A stretch of DNA of 64,000 nt, from the NCBI GenBank assembly GCA_030754655.1, contig JASLZX010000002.1:29633-93632 (forward strand). Reading direction: 5' to 3'. Positions 45,717 to 54,832 of this stretch are shown here, in pieces. The stretch is from Candidatus Poseidoniia archaeon. Lineage in GTDB: Archaea > Thermoplasmatota > Poseidoniia > MGIII > CG-Epi1. The notes under the pieces were generated by a model. The model was not told the origin of the DNA. It ran no database searches and worked only from the letters and a program-made list of their open reading frames with translations. Each line of letters starts with the position of its first letter. Position 1 is the stretch's first letter. Made by a program: the position numbers and the translations under genes.

Positions 45717-46142
45717 GTGCAATCCGCGACGTTCCTCCAGCGACTGCTCGCATTTCTGATTGATGCGACGCTGCTGCTACTGGTGCAGGTGCTGGTGCTG
45801 TTCGTGGTCCTGCTGGTTTTCGGGCTGGAGATTCCCGACGCGCATCTGCTGGCGGTCGCCGAGTTGGCGGGGCTGGTGCTTGACTCGGGGCTGGCATGGC
45901 AGGAAGCTAATGGTGGGGGAACGTTTGGCAAGCGGCTCCTGAAGATACGCGTCGTCCGCGCCGACGGCGGCAACGTGGGCTACCGTCAGGCGTTCATCCG
46001 AAACTTTGCCCGGCTGGGCTGGCAGGTCCCGACTTTCGGTGCGCTGTTCCTGCTTGCTGACGCGCTCCTGCTGCTGGTCCAGCCGCGCCGACAGCGCATT
46101 GGCGACCTGCTGGCCGAAACTAGGGTCGTTCGAGTTCAGTAG
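45717..46142 (+). CDS. RDD-family membrane protein
   Basis: FLQRLLAFLIDATLL...GKRLLKIRVV..DG...YRQAFIRNFARL...RQRIGDLLAETRVV matches the RDD domain pattern. The GTG start is 3 nt after the previous stop. Confidence 0.75.
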   Translation: MQSATFLQRLLAFLIDATLLLLVQVLVLFVVLLVFGLEIPDAHLLAVAELAGLVLDSGLAWQEANGGGTFGKRLLKIRVVRADGGNVGYRQAFIRNFARLGWQVPTFGALFLLADALLLLVQPRRQRIGDLLAETRVVRVQ

Positions 46143-46912
46143 AAGACTGAGAGACAGGTGGGTGAGCCGTCGGCGGCGCGGATTTGCGACATCTCGAGCG
46201 GGTGCAGCCGGAAGCCGTGCTCCGCGAGCAACGCGTGCGTCGCGGGGTAGCCGTCCGGAATCAGCAACTCGCGTCCGAAAACGAGCACGTTGCACGCATA
46301 CGTCTCGGCAGCGGGGACGCGCAGGACCTCCGCCACCCGCTCGAGCTCCCCATCGTGCAGCGCGTGGTCGGGCGCCAGCAGCAACCCCTCCCCGGGCGAC
46401 GTGCAGATGGACTTCAGGTGCAGCTGGTCGTCGGGAATCGCCACTTCGTGCACCGGTAGCGGCGCGACGAAATCGCGCAGCGCCTGCGCGCCGGCGCGGG
46501 TGGTACGGGTCGAAATCCCGACAAGGTAGCAGTCGCCGACCCGCAGCACGTCGCCGCCGTCGAGCACGGCGGGCGGCTCCATCCCGACTAGTTCCAGCGC
46601 TGCACCCAGCGCCGCGGCGACCGGCGGCTGCTCGCCGCGGCGCGACGCCAGCCCGGAATGGGTCAGCAACGCGCGGCCGTTGTGGACCACCGCATGGTCC
46701 TCGACGAAGATACAGTCGGGGAACGCTTCGTCAGCCGCCAGTTCGGTGACGGCAACGCCGAAGTCGCGCAATGTCGCGATGTAGGCGGCGTGCTGCTGTC
46801 GCGCTTCCGCCACGTCAGTCGGGCCGCTGCCGAAATAGCGCGCAGTCGCCTGCTCGAAGGAGTCGGGAACCCCGCGGACGATAGCGCGCGCCATACTTGG
46901 GGAGTGCGCCAT
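46136..46912 (-). CDS. Pentein (guanidino-group-modifying) superfamily hydrolase, dimethylarginine dimethylaminohydrolase-like
   Basis: ARAIVRGVPDSF...QQHAAYIATL...CIFVEDHAVV...LDGGDVLRVG...HLKSICT...ADGSPTCLSVFY, with the C-terminal catalytic Cys block. Confidence 0.78.
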   Translation of the reverse strand: MAHSPSMARAIVRGVPDSFEQATARYFGSGPTDVAEARQQHAAYIATLRDFGVAVTELAADEAFPDCIFVEDHAVVHNGRALLTHSGLASRRGEQPPVAAALGAALELVGMEPPAVLDGGDVLRVGDCYLVGISTRTTRAGAQALRDFVAPLPVHEVAIPDDQLHLKSICTSPGEGLLLAPDHALHDGELERVAEVLRVPAAETYACNVLVFGRELLIPDGYPATHALLAEHGFRLHPLEMSQIRAADGSPTCLSVFY

Positions 46913-46916
46913 GGCT

Positions 46917-47846
46917 TTAGCCTAGCGCCCCCGCCAGCAGCGGCAACAGTACCGTAGCGTCGCCCTCGACCGTTACGCGGCGCGCCTCCGGTTTCACCTT
47001 GCCCCACGAGACCGCCTCGCGGACGCGCGCGCCGGAGAGCGAGCCGTCCCACTCGGGGGCGGTGGTGACCTGCACGGCGTAGTCGAGCCCGTCGCGGAAC
47101 TGGTTCCACCAGATGACGTGGTGCTTCGAGATGCCGCCGCCAATCATCAGCGCGCCCGTGGCGGGCGCGTCGTGGACGATGTCTGAAAGCGCGTGCTCGT
47201 CCGCCAGCGTGTCGGGGGTGAAGTCGCGGTGCGACTGCCAGAATTGCCACAGCTGCGAACCGACTGCGCCATCGCTGAAGCCTGGGACAAAGACCGGCAC
47301 ATCGCGCGCCGCGCACGCTGCCAGAAGCGACTCGTCGCCGCGCTCTTCACGCGCGAGACGCAGGCCCAGCTCGCGCCAGATTTCCCACGGCGTCCAGCGC
47401 GATTGTTTTTTATACAGGTCGTCGAGAAATGGTTGCATCCATTTCTCGATGGGAATCCCGTAGGAATCGTCGGGTACCAGCACGTTCCCGAGCCGGTTGA
47501 CGCCGCGCTTGCGCAGCTCAGCATCATCCAGCGCGAAGTCGCCGTGGTAGTAGTCAGCGAGCGTCCGCGCGATGTCGTGGTCGAGCGTCCCGCAGGTGGT
47601 TACGACCACGTCTGCGAAGCCGTCAGCGACCAGCTGTTGCAGCACACCGCGCGTCCCGGTCGCCATGATGTCGGCCGGGAAGCTCAGGAAGACCGTGCAG
47701 TCGCCGTCATACATGCGGCGCATGATCCCGGCGGCGGTCGCCAGCTTGGTGGCTGTGAAGCCGCCCGCCGTGCCGAACCGCTCGAGCAGCTCGGTCAGCG
47801 TTGTTTCGGGGCTGGCGGTGAAGTCGCGAACCGGTTTTTCAGGCAT
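46917..47846 (-). CDS. dys: Deoxyhypusine synthase
   Basis: 309 aa. [12 protein letters not shown]...[15 protein letters not shown]...[11 protein letters not shown]...PDDSYG...[10 protein letters not shown]. Confidence 0.92.
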   Translation of the reverse strand: MPEKPVRDFTASPETTLTELLERFGTAGGFTATKLATAAGIMRRMYDGDCTVFLSFPADIMATGTRGVLQQLVADGFADVVVTTCGTLDHDIARTLADYYHGDFALDDAELRKRGVNRLGNVLVPDDSYGIPIEKWMQPFLDDLYKKQSRWTPWEIWRELGLRLAREERGDESLLAACAARDVPVFVPGFSDGAVGSQLWQFWQSHRDFTPDTLADEHALSDIVHDAPATGALMIGGGISKHHVIWWNQFRDGLDYAVQVTTAPEWDGSLSGARVREAVSWGKVKPEARRVTVEGDATVLLPLLAGALG

Positions 47847-50439
47847 CGATAATCAGCCCGCAGGTGCCGCAAATAAGCTTGTCTCCGTCCGGTTTCAGGC
47901 GGCCTGAGCGACACTCGGGGCAGAGCCCGGCCGGCGTCGCCTGCTCGTCCGCGGCGGCCGTCTCGTCGTCATCGCTCTCGACCTCGGTGTGCAGCGCCAC
48001 CGCGACTACCTTTTCGCCCTTCTCGAGCGACATCACCTTGACGCCGCGGCCGATACGCTTGATTTCGCGGATTGAGTCTATTTCGGTGCGAATCACCTTG
48101 CCGCTACTGGTCGTCGCCAGCAGCTGCTGTGCGTCGCCCACTGGCAGGCAGGCGATGACGGCGCCGCTTTTCTTGTCCGGTTTCAGGTTCAGGACGCCGC
48201 GGGCGCCGCGCTTCGTGAGCCGGTAGTTGGCGACGCTGGCACGCTTGCCATAGCCGAGTTCGGTAATCGTCAGTAGTGTTCCTTCATTGTCGACCAGCGC
48301 CATGCTGATGACCGAATCGCCCTCCTTGAGCCGGATGCCGATGACTCCCTGGCCCCCGCGACCGACGACGCGGATTTCGCCTTCGCTGGCGCGGTTTGCC
48401 ATCCCGTTGCGGGTGGCGAACATTACCTGACTCGAGCCGTCCGAGATGGCGACGTCAATAAGCTCGTCGCCCTCCTTGAGCGTGATGGCACGGAAGCCTT
48501 GGTCGACCTTCCAGCCGCGTGCGATGCGCTGGGTGAATTCCTCGAGTCGCGTGCGCTTGACGATGCCGTTGCGCGTCGCCAGCACCAGGTAGTGTCCTTC
48601 GGTCTCCAGGTTGGCGACCGGCAGCATCCGCAGCACTTTCTCGTCGGATTCGTGCCGCTTCTCGTCCAGCTTCTGGAGCAGTTGCACCAGCGGGGTGCCC
48701 TTGGCGTAGCGCGAGACGTCAGGAACCTGCCAGGCTTTCAGGAAATACATTGCCCCGTCGCTGGTGAAGAACAGGACATGGTCGTGCGAGCCGAGCGAGT
48801 AGATTTCAACCGGCGTATCGCCCTCCTTGGCTTTGATGCCGATGCGCCCCTTGCCGCCGCGCCGCTGCGCGCGATATTCGTCAAGTTCGACGCGCTTGAT
48901 GTAGCCCTCCTGCGTCCGCATCACGACGACTTGCGAGCGCGGAATCAAATCTTCCGTATCGATGTCGCCCTCCCAGTCGGAAATTTCGGTGCGTCGCTCG
49001 TCGCCATATTTCTCCTTCAGCTCGAGCAGTTCGGCGCGGATTATTTCGCTCACTCGCTCGGTCCGTGCCAGCACGTCCTGCAGGTCGGTGATGGTTGCCT
49101 TGAGCTCGGCCAGCTCGTCGCGCCGCGCGTCGGCGTCCTGTCGCGAAAGCTGGTAGAGCCGCATCTCGGCGATTGCCTTCGCCTGCGGCTCGCTCAGGTT
49201 GAATTGCGTCTGTAGTCCCGCGACAACCGCGTCGCGGCCGTCAGCCTTGCGGATGAAGTCGATAATTGCGTCGAGCTGTGAAATCGCGAGCAGCAGCCCC
49301 TCGACGATGTGCGCCCGCTCCTGCGCCTTTTTCAGCCGATAACGACTGCGCCGCTCGACCACTTCGCGGCGGTGCTCAAGGTAGACTGCGAGCTGCTGCG
49401 GCAGCGCCAGCCGTACTGGCTGCCCTTTCACTAGCGCTACCGCGTTTACCGCAAAACTGCTTTCGAGCGCCGAATGCTTGAAGAGCAGATTCTCGACGAT
49501 TTGCGGTGACGCGTCCTGCTTCAACTCGACCACCACGCGCATCCCGTGCCGGTCCGACTCGTCGCGCAGGTCGCGGATGCCGGCGACCTTCTTGTCGCGC
49601 ACCAGCTTCGAGATTTCCTCGAGCAGCCGGTTCTTCTGCAGTCCGTAGGGAATTTCGCTGACAATCAGCCGCTGCTGCTTGCCCGCCTCTTCGTGTGCTA
49701 CGCGGCCACGCAGCTTGATTTGCCCCTGCCCCTTCGAGAATGCGTTGTAGATGCCCTGTCGCCCCATAATGGTCCCGCCGGTCGGGAAGTCGGGGCCGGG
49801 CAGCACTTCCATGATGCGTGACAGCGAAACCTCGGGGTCGGCTAGCTGCAGCAGCAGTGCCTTGACCACCTCTGTAAGGTTGTGCGGCGGCATGTTGGTC
49901 GCCATCCCGACCGCGATGCCGGCCGAGCCGTTGACTAGCAGCCCCGGCAGGACTCCCGGCAGCACGGATGGCTCCTGTAGTGAGCCATCGTAATTGTCGA
50001 CGAAGTCGACCGTATCCTCGTCGATGTCGCGCAGGACAGTCTCGGCAATCGTCGCCAGCCGTGATTCGGTGTAACGCATCGCTGCGGCGCGGTCGCCGTC
50101 GACCGAGCCGAAATTACCCTGCCCGTCTACCAGCGGGTAGCGCAGGCTGAAATCCTGCGCCATGCGCACCATAGTGTCGTAGATCGCTTGATCGCCGTGG
50201 GGATGGTATTTCCCCATAGTGTCGCCGACGATGCGCGCCGATTTCTTGTAGGGCGAGCGCGGTCCCGAGCCCATCTCGCGCATCGCGAAGAGCACCCGCC
50301 GGTGGACCGGCTTTAGCCCGTCCCGCGCGTCGGGTAGGGCACGGCCCACGATGACCGACATGGCGTATTCAAGGTACGACTTACGCATCTCGGTCTCGAT
50401 GTTGCGCTCCAGTACCGTATCGCTTTCAGTCTCTGCCAA
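47839..50439 (-). CDS. gyrA: DNA gyrase subunit A with a C-terminal zinc-ribbon extension
   Basis: [31 protein letters not shown]...AAMRYTE (catalytic Tyr) and beta-pinwheel repeats. The tail is ...[46 protein letters not shown]. The TTG start is preceded by an SD-like GGGAGAGG. Confidence 0.96.
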   Translation of the reverse strand: MAETESDTVLERNIETEMRKSYLEYAMSVIVGRALPDARDGLKPVHRRVLFAMREMGSGPRSPYKKSARIVGDTMGKYHPHGDQAIYDTMVRMAQDFSLRYPLVDGQGNFGSVDGDRAAAMRYTESRLATIAETVLRDIDEDTVDFVDNYDGSLQEPSVLPGVLPGLLVNGSAGIAVGMATNMPPHNLTEVVKALLLQLADPEVSLSRIMEVLPGPDFPTGGTIMGRQGIYNAFSKGQGQIKLRGRVAHEEAGKQQRLIVSEIPYGLQKNRLLEEISKLVRDKKVAGIRDLRDESDRHGMRVVVELKQDASPQIVENLLFKHSALESSFAVNAVALVKGQPVRLALPQQLAVYLEHRREVVERRSRYRLKKAQERAHIVEGLLLAISQLDAIIDFIRKADGRDAVVAGLQTQFNLSEPQAKAIAEMRLYQLSRQDADARRDELAELKATITDLQDVLARTERVSEIIRAELLELKEKYGDERRTEISDWEGDIDTEDLIPRSQVVVMRTQEGYIKRVELDEYRAQRRGGKGRIGIKAKEGDTPVEIYSLGSHDHVLFFTSDGAMYFLKAWQVPDVSRYAKGTPLVQLLQKLDEKRHESDEKVLRMLPVANLETEGHYLVLATRNGIVKRTRLEEFTQRIARGWKVDQGFRAITLKEGDELIDVAISDGSSQVMFATRNGMANRASEGEIRVVGRGGQGVIGIRLKEGDSVISMALVDNEGTLLTITELGYGKRASVANYRLTKRGARGVLNLKPDKKSGAVIACLPVGDAQQLLATTSSGKVIRTEIDSIREIKRIGRGVKVMSLEKGEKVVAVALHTEVESDDDETAAADEQATPAGLCPECRSGRLKPDGDKLICGTCGLIIDA

Positions 50440-50482
50440 AATAGCCTCTCCCGACGATGCCGGTAGGCCAGCGCAGGCCGGT

Positions 50483-50521
50483 TAAAAGGGGGACAGGCGG
50501 GCAGTGCTTCGCACTGCCCGC
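50483..50521 (-). terminator. Perfect 11-bp hairpin followed by T4 on the minus strand
   Basis: GCGGGCAGTGC (50497-50507) / ttc / GCACTGCCCGC (50511-50521). The minus strand continues CTGTCCCCCTTTTAA. It lies 44 nt after the stop of the upstream gene. Confidence 0.4.
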
Positions 50522-50564
50522 GCGTACGCGAGCGCGCAGCCCGGAATTTCGCCCTGAAACTGTT

Positions 50565-51074
50565 TCAGCCGGCGGCTGCCACGCCTTCGTAGAGCACGGT
50601 GATGTACAGGTCGTAGCTGTTGGGCGCCGAGCCGAAGTTCGTCACCTCGGCGGTATAATCGCCGGTACCGCAGGCGGCGAAGTCGCGATAGGTCATGGTC
50701 ACCTTCTCCTCGTCGCCCGGGTTGCCCGACGAGCCGCACTCCTGCCCTTCGGTACCGTAAATCGCCAGGTCCAAGTCGCCCGTGCCGTCGCCCTGTAGCT
50801 CGATAATGGCCCCGGTCGCGTATTGCTCGACGGGGAAGTCGTGGTTGTTTGTTGTCGCTGGCCCACGGTAGATGCCGCCGCCGGGAGCGTAGACTGTGTC
50901 GGTGATGTGGTCCTCGTAGGGCGGCAGCACCGGCCAGCCGGCGAGTTCGCCGGCGTCGGGAACGTCACCGGTCGGGCCGCCGTAACTCAATTCGCCGTAG
51001 CCCATGCCGGCCAGCGTCAGCACCGCGACGCCCAGCGCTACGCGCTGCATCAGCCGGTCGAGCTCCGACGTCAT
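50565..51074 (-). CDS. Small secreted protein with a pre-peptidase C-terminal (PPC)-like domain
   Basis: Signal/anchor segment VALGVAVLTLAG. GDGTGDLDLAIYG...GDYTAEVTNFG...YDLYITV resembles the PPC beta-sandwich pattern. Confidence 0.6.
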   Translation of the reverse strand: MTSELDRLMQRVALGVAVLTLAGMGYGELSYGGPTGDVPDAGELAGWPVLPPYEDHITDTVYAPGGGIYRGPATTNNHDFPVEQYATGAIIELQGDGTGDLDLAIYGTEGQECGSSGNPGDEEKVTMTYRDFAACGTGDYTAEVTNFGSAPNSYDLYITVLYEGVAAAG

Positions 51075-51094
51075 CAGTGCGCGAATGCTCTCTG

Positions 51095-51105
51095 CATTAT
51101 AAGTG
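51095..51105 (-). promoter_or_regulatory. TATA-like box of the PPC-domain gene
   Basis: The minus strand reads CACTTATAATG, centred about 26 nt upstream of ATG 51074, in the 33-nt gap after the aIF6 stop. Confidence 0.4.
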
Positions 51106-51107
51106 TT

Positions 51108-51785
51108 TCAGAAGAGCTTTAGCGCCTCTTCGAGCCGCCCCAGTTCGATGCCGGTGCTGGCGCGGCCGCAGACCGCCCCCGTCGCGGTGGCCACGACCCC
51201 AGCCCCGACGAGTGGCATCCCGAAGTTGGCAGTGCACTCCATGATTTCCACACCGAGCCGCTGGCCGAGCGCCTGCCGTTCCTCGTCCGGGATTTCGGGA
51301 TGGCAGACGCCGCCCCGGGCCGTAACACAGGCGAGCATCCCGACGTTCTCCATTTCGGCCAGCGTTTGCGGCCGCAGCTCGACCCCCAGCACCTCCCCGG
51401 CCGCTTCGCATGCCGCCGGCGAGAGCCGCGGGCTACAGATGCCGCCGGAGTTGCTGACAAGCAGGTTGTTGCCGGCGGCGTTGGCGCGCTCTTCCAGCAC
51501 GCCGAAGCGCAGCTCGTGCTTTTCAGCAACGATCGCGAGCGCGTCGCGCTCGCGGCCGGTTGCCAGATTGGAGACCAGCAGTCCTTGTGAGTTCATGGCC
51601 ACGAGCGTCCCGAGCACGCGGCTGCCGCCGACGGTCGCTTCGATGACCGGCGCGCCCAGTGCTTCGGAAATAGCGGTGCGGTCATTGGCTGGGATTCCGG
51701 GCGGCAGCAGCGCCAGCGCGTCGGAGACGGCGCAGAATACGCCGACGTAGGGAGAATTGAAAAGGTCCTGCCGCAGGAGCGCCAT
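51108..51785 (-). CDS. eif6: Translation initiation factor 6 (aIF6)
   Basis: 225 aa. FNSPYVGVFCAVSD...VGGSRVLGTLVAMNSQGLLV...NAAGNNLLVSN...GMPLVGAGVVATATG shows the five-fold pentein-like repeat pattern of eIF6. Confidence 0.92.
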   Translation of the reverse strand: MALLRQDLFNSPYVGVFCAVSDALALLPPGIPANDRTAISEALGAPVIEATVGGSRVLGTLVAMNSQGLLVSNLATGRERDALAIVAEKHELRFGVLEERANAAGNNLLVSNSGGICSPRLSPAACEAAGEVLGVELRPQTLAEMENVGMLACVTARGGVCHPEIPDEERQALGQRLGVEIMECTANFGMPLVGAGVVATATGAVCGRASTGIELGRLEEALKLF

Positions 51786-52112
51786 CTACTCGGCGAGATG
51801 CACGACGACGCTGCCGTCCTCGAACTTCAGCGCCCGCACCCGGATGCGTGACGGCGGCTTCTCGATGCCGCGCGCCCAGATGGCCTCGTTGACCGGCGGG
51901 TCGATGAAGAGTGCCCGGTCCTCGGACTTGCCCTTGCGGGCTTCGGCGGCAGTGCGCACCGCAACGCCATCGCGCTCGGGTTTCATGTGCCGCACCAGGA
52001 AATCCTCAACCATGCGCATCGCCACCGGCGCGCGCCGCGTGCGCGGCACTCGGTAGAGTTTGCGCAGTGGGATGGTGTAGATGCGCTCCAGCTGCAGCTC
52101 GTCGTCGGCCAT
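51786..52112 (-). CDS. rpl31e: Large-subunit ribosomal protein L31e
   Basis: ERIYTIPLRKLYRVPRTRRAPVAMRMVEDFLVRH...PPVNEAIWARGIEKPPSRIRVR. ATG 52112 overlaps the L39e stop (TGATG). Confidence 0.9.
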   Translation of the reverse strand: MADDELQLERIYTIPLRKLYRVPRTRRAPVAMRMVEDFLVRHMKPERDGVAVRTAAEARKGKSEDRALFIDPPVNEAIWARGIEKPPSRIRVRALKFEDGSVVVHLAE

Positions 52113-52267
52113 CAGCGGTGGAGTCTCCCGCGGCGCCAGAAGTGCCGCTTGGGATGCGAAGTGAAACGGCGGTTGGTGCGCTGCATCACCCACGCGGGAA
52201 CGCGCCGGTTTCGCTTTACCAGCTTGTTGAGCCGCAGCTTTTTTGCGTAGGGCTTGCGACTAGACAT
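52112..52267 (-). CDS. rpl39e: Large-subunit ribosomal protein L39e
   Basis: 51 aa: [49 protein letters not shown]. Confidence 0.9.
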   Translation of the reverse strand: MSSRKPYAKKLRLNKLVKRNRRVPAWVMQRTNRRFTSHPKRHFWRRGRLHR

Positions 52268-52601
52268 CGCGGTACCCTCGGATTTCGACCTTCGTCTCGC
52301 GCTTGCGCGAAAGGTGCGCCAGCATCTGCTGTAGCGTAGCGTCATCAATCGGCCCCGTGAGCTTCCCGTCGCCTGCCAGTGCCAGTACCTGCTGCTCGAC
52401 GGCGGCGGCCACCCCGGGGCGAGCGATGCGCACCTGCGCCAGCCGCTCTTTCGCCTCTGCACTCATCAACTGCCGTAGCGCTCCCTGCACTTGCGCTTTG
52501 TGCGCTATCAGTTCCTGTTCCTGTGCCAGCTGCTGTTCAGCCTGCGCCTGCATTTCCTGCAGCTGTCGCTGCCGCAACTCCTCGAGTTCGCGGTCCTTCA
52601 T
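52260..52601 (-). CDS. PDCD5/TFAR19-like dsDNA-binding protein
   Basis: The helical Q/E-rich N-terminus, then [22 protein letters not shown]...[26 protein letters not shown], plus its position between rps19e and rpl39e, is the conserved archaeal arrangement. Confidence 0.8.
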   Translation of the reverse strand: MKDRELEELRQRQLQEMQAQAEQQLAQEQELIAHKAQVQGALRQLMSAEAKERLAQVRIARPGVAAAVEQQVLALAGDGKLTGPIDDATLQQMLAHLSRKRETKVEIRGYRDV

Positions 52602-53050
52602 CAGTAGCGCTCCAGCCGCTCGTAGGCGGCGTTAATCTCGGGGCGCAGCGCGTGCGCGGTGTTGTCGAGCAGCGACTGCCCTCGGGGCGCAACACGGCGT
52701 CCCTTCGACGAGCGCTCGACCAGTTCCGCCGTCTCCAGCTGCTGCATCATCAACCGCAGAATCTTGCGGCTGCCGGGGTGCGAGCGGTTGGGCTTGCTGC
52801 CGCGGTCGACCGGTCCCGAGTAGAGCCGCGCCAGCCGCTCGGTTCCGAGCGGGCCGCGCAGGTAGAGCTTGCGCAATACCGACGCCGCACGGCGATACCA
52901 CCAGTCGGGCTGCTCCGGCGCCTTCTCGCGGTGCGCCGCGGTCTTGGCGAAGGGCGCCCACTTGGGCGGCTGTAGTGCCTTCTCGCTTTTCAGCGCCTGC
53001 GCCAGCTTGCTGACCAGCTTCTGTCCGGGGACGTCGTTGACAGTAGTCAT
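52601..53050 (-). CDS. rps19e: Small-subunit ribosomal protein S19e
   Basis: VNDVPGQKLVSKLAQALK...PPKWAPFAKTAAHRE.AP..PDWWYRRAASVLRKLYL.GP.G...L...YSG. Confidence 0.92.
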   Translation of the reverse strand: MTTVNDVPGQKLVSKLAQALKSEKALQPPKWAPFAKTAAHREKAPEQPDWWYRRAASVLRKLYLRGPLGTERLARLYSGPVDRGSKPNRSHPGSRKILRLMMQQLETAELVERSSKGRRVAPRGQSLLDNTAHALRPEINAAYERLERY

Positions 53051-53075
53051 CGGGAAGTGGGCGGCACCCAGCCTC

Positions 53076-53085
53076 CATTATAAGC
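53076..53085 (-). promoter_or_regulatory. TATA box of the rps19e-PDCD5-rpl39e-rpl31e-eif6 operon
   Basis: The minus strand reads CTTATAATGG, centred about 30 nt upstream of ATG 53050. Confidence 0.5.
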
Positions 53086-53131
53086 CTTTTCAGACGAGAG
53101 CGTAGCTCTCGCAAACTTCGCCCGCCATAAT

Positions 53132-53407
53132 TTAGTCGGTGAAGATGTTCCAGTAGTTGAACATGACGATGACCAGCACGTAGGCGATAATCAGCAGCGT
53201 AATCAGCCCCAGCCCGACCGCCTGTGGCAAATGCGGGAAGATGAAGAGCACGAAGAACCCCACAATTGCAGTCCACCCCAGTAGGTAGGTGAGATAGGCG
53301 TGCGGCGCCAGTTCAGGGTCGCGCACCGCCTTGCCGGTCATGAACTTGCCGAGCGCGCTGATGGTGCGCATGACCGACTGCTGCAGCCCCGCCGTGTCCA
53401 GACTCAT
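53132..53407 (-). CDS. Small membrane protein (91 aa, 2 TM), hypothetical
   Basis: AYLTYLLGWTAIVGFFVLFIF and VGLGLITLLIIAYVLVIVMF are hydrophobic helices. I did not recognise a family. Confidence 0.55.
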   Translation of the reverse strand: MSLDTAGLQQSVMRTISALGKFMTGKAVRDPELAPHAYLTYLLGWTAIVGFFVLFIFPHLPQAVGLGLITLLIIAYVLVIVMFNYWNIFTD

Positions 53408-53438
53408 GCGTCGCCGATGCAGGGTGTGCTAATAACGC

Positions 53439-54824
53439 TCACCGTCCGCGCAGCGCCTCGAAGAATCCTTTTTTCAGGAGTCCGCGTCCGGTGAGGAAAT
53501 TGTAATTGGCAAGCAGCATCACGAACACTCCACTCAGCAGCACGATGAAGTGCGATACGAAGCCGATGGAACGCGGGTCGTCCACCAGCGGCCGGTCACC
53601 AGCGGTCAGGAAGAAATTGCTCGCACCGTAGACGATGGTGAATGAAATGGCGATGAAGATTACGTTATGGCGGTTAATCATCCCCTCGGCCTCACCGATG
53701 TAGTGAGACGTCTGGCTCAGGTGGTCACGGCGTGACTCGGTCCGCAGGACCTGGACTGAGAGCGAGTAAATTACGACCACAATTGTGATGAACATGAATA
53801 CAAGGTCCAGAACAAAACTGGGCTCCTGCGAACTTGAGTATAGCAGCACCCCTGCATGGTAGGCAAGAAAGCCCCAGTATCCCACCGAGAACCAGCCCGC
53901 GAAGGTATCTGCTTCGGCATCGCTGACATCGCGTTGTAATCTCCGCAGGAAGAAGAGGGTCAGGAGTGTCAACGAAATCATCATCGCGAACCAGAAAAAC
54001 TGGAACAGGAGGTCGAAGTCCTCCGCGAAGGGCTCATAGTTTCTGGCCATGAGATAGAAGGTCATGTAGCCTGCCATCGCCCAGAAAACAGGGGCTGCGT
54101 AGACCAGCATTCTGCCTCGTCTCGCATCACCGCTCTTTCGCTCAACACGGCGTAGCGCGTATTCCCGGAAAGGCACGCGCATCCACCATGCCTGCGCGAA
54201 TTGCCAGATGATAAAAATGATTATCAGCCCGAAGCGGAGCCCATTCCGGAGGTTATCGCCGTAGTCTGCGTTACCGAGGATTGACCAGAGAATCCCTGCA
54301 ATGAGGATTGATAGCAGCACCGGCAGCAACAGACTGGTGGGGTGGTCACTGCGAGTCAGTTCCTTGACTCCGCTGAAGCGTGTCAGGATGCCGGTAAGCA
54401 GGTAGCCGCCGGAAGCACCATAACCGAGCGAGAGTAGCAGGTCAACAGCCCAGTTACCGCCAGAAAGGCTTAGGACAAAGAAAATACCTAGCAGTGCAAC
54501 GAGCAGGAAAAAGTGCAGCTTGGTTTTGCGCGAAAAGAGGATTGAAATTAGTTCAGTTTTGTTAATGCGATTCTGGGGAGCTGCTGGTTCATCTTCGACT
54601 TCGTCATCTCCATCGTCCTCCCCGCCGAAATCGAAGTCGGTAATTGGCGTCTCGCCTCCCTCATCCGCTTCGTCGCCGTCATCCTCCCCGGCTTCCGCCT
54701 CGCCTTCGTCGGTCTCCGGCTCCGCTTCCGCCGCCTCTGGCTCTTCGTCCTCGCCCGCTAGGATGCGGTCGATTTCGAGCAGCACGTCTTCGTCTTCGCC
54801 GGCCATACGCCCCTGCACGGCCAC
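53439..54824 (-). CDS. Polytopic membrane protein (461 aa) with a ~95-aa poly-acidic N-terminal tail, hypothetical
   Basis: The N-terminus is D/E-rich (EDEEPEAAEAEPETDEGEAEAGEDDGDEADEGGE...), followed by about 9-10 hydrophobic helices rich in F/I/Y/N. I did not recognise a family. Confidence 0.7.
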   Translation of the reverse strand: MAVQGRMAGEDEDVLLEIDRILAGEDEEPEAAEAEPETDEGEAEAGEDDGDEADEGGETPITDFDFGGEDDGDDEVEDEPAAPQNRINKTELISILFSRKTKLHFFLLVALLGIFFVLSLSGGNWAVDLLLSLGYGASGGYLLTGILTRFSGVKELTRSDHPTSLLLPVLLSILIAGILWSILGNADYGDNLRNGLRFGLIIIFIIWQFAQAWWMRVPFREYALRRVERKSGDARRGRMLVYAAPVFWAMAGYMTFYLMARNYEPFAEDFDLLFQFFWFAMMISLTLLTLFFLRRLQRDVSDAEADTFAGWFSVGYWGFLAYHAGVLLYSSSQEPSFVLDLVFMFITIVVVIYSLSVQVLRTESRRDHLSQTSHYIGEAEGMINRHNVIFIAISFTIVYGASNFFLTAGDRPLVDDPRSIGFVSHFIVLLSGVFVMLLANYNFLTGRGLLKKGFFEALRGR

Positions 54825-54832
54825 TCGCCGGA

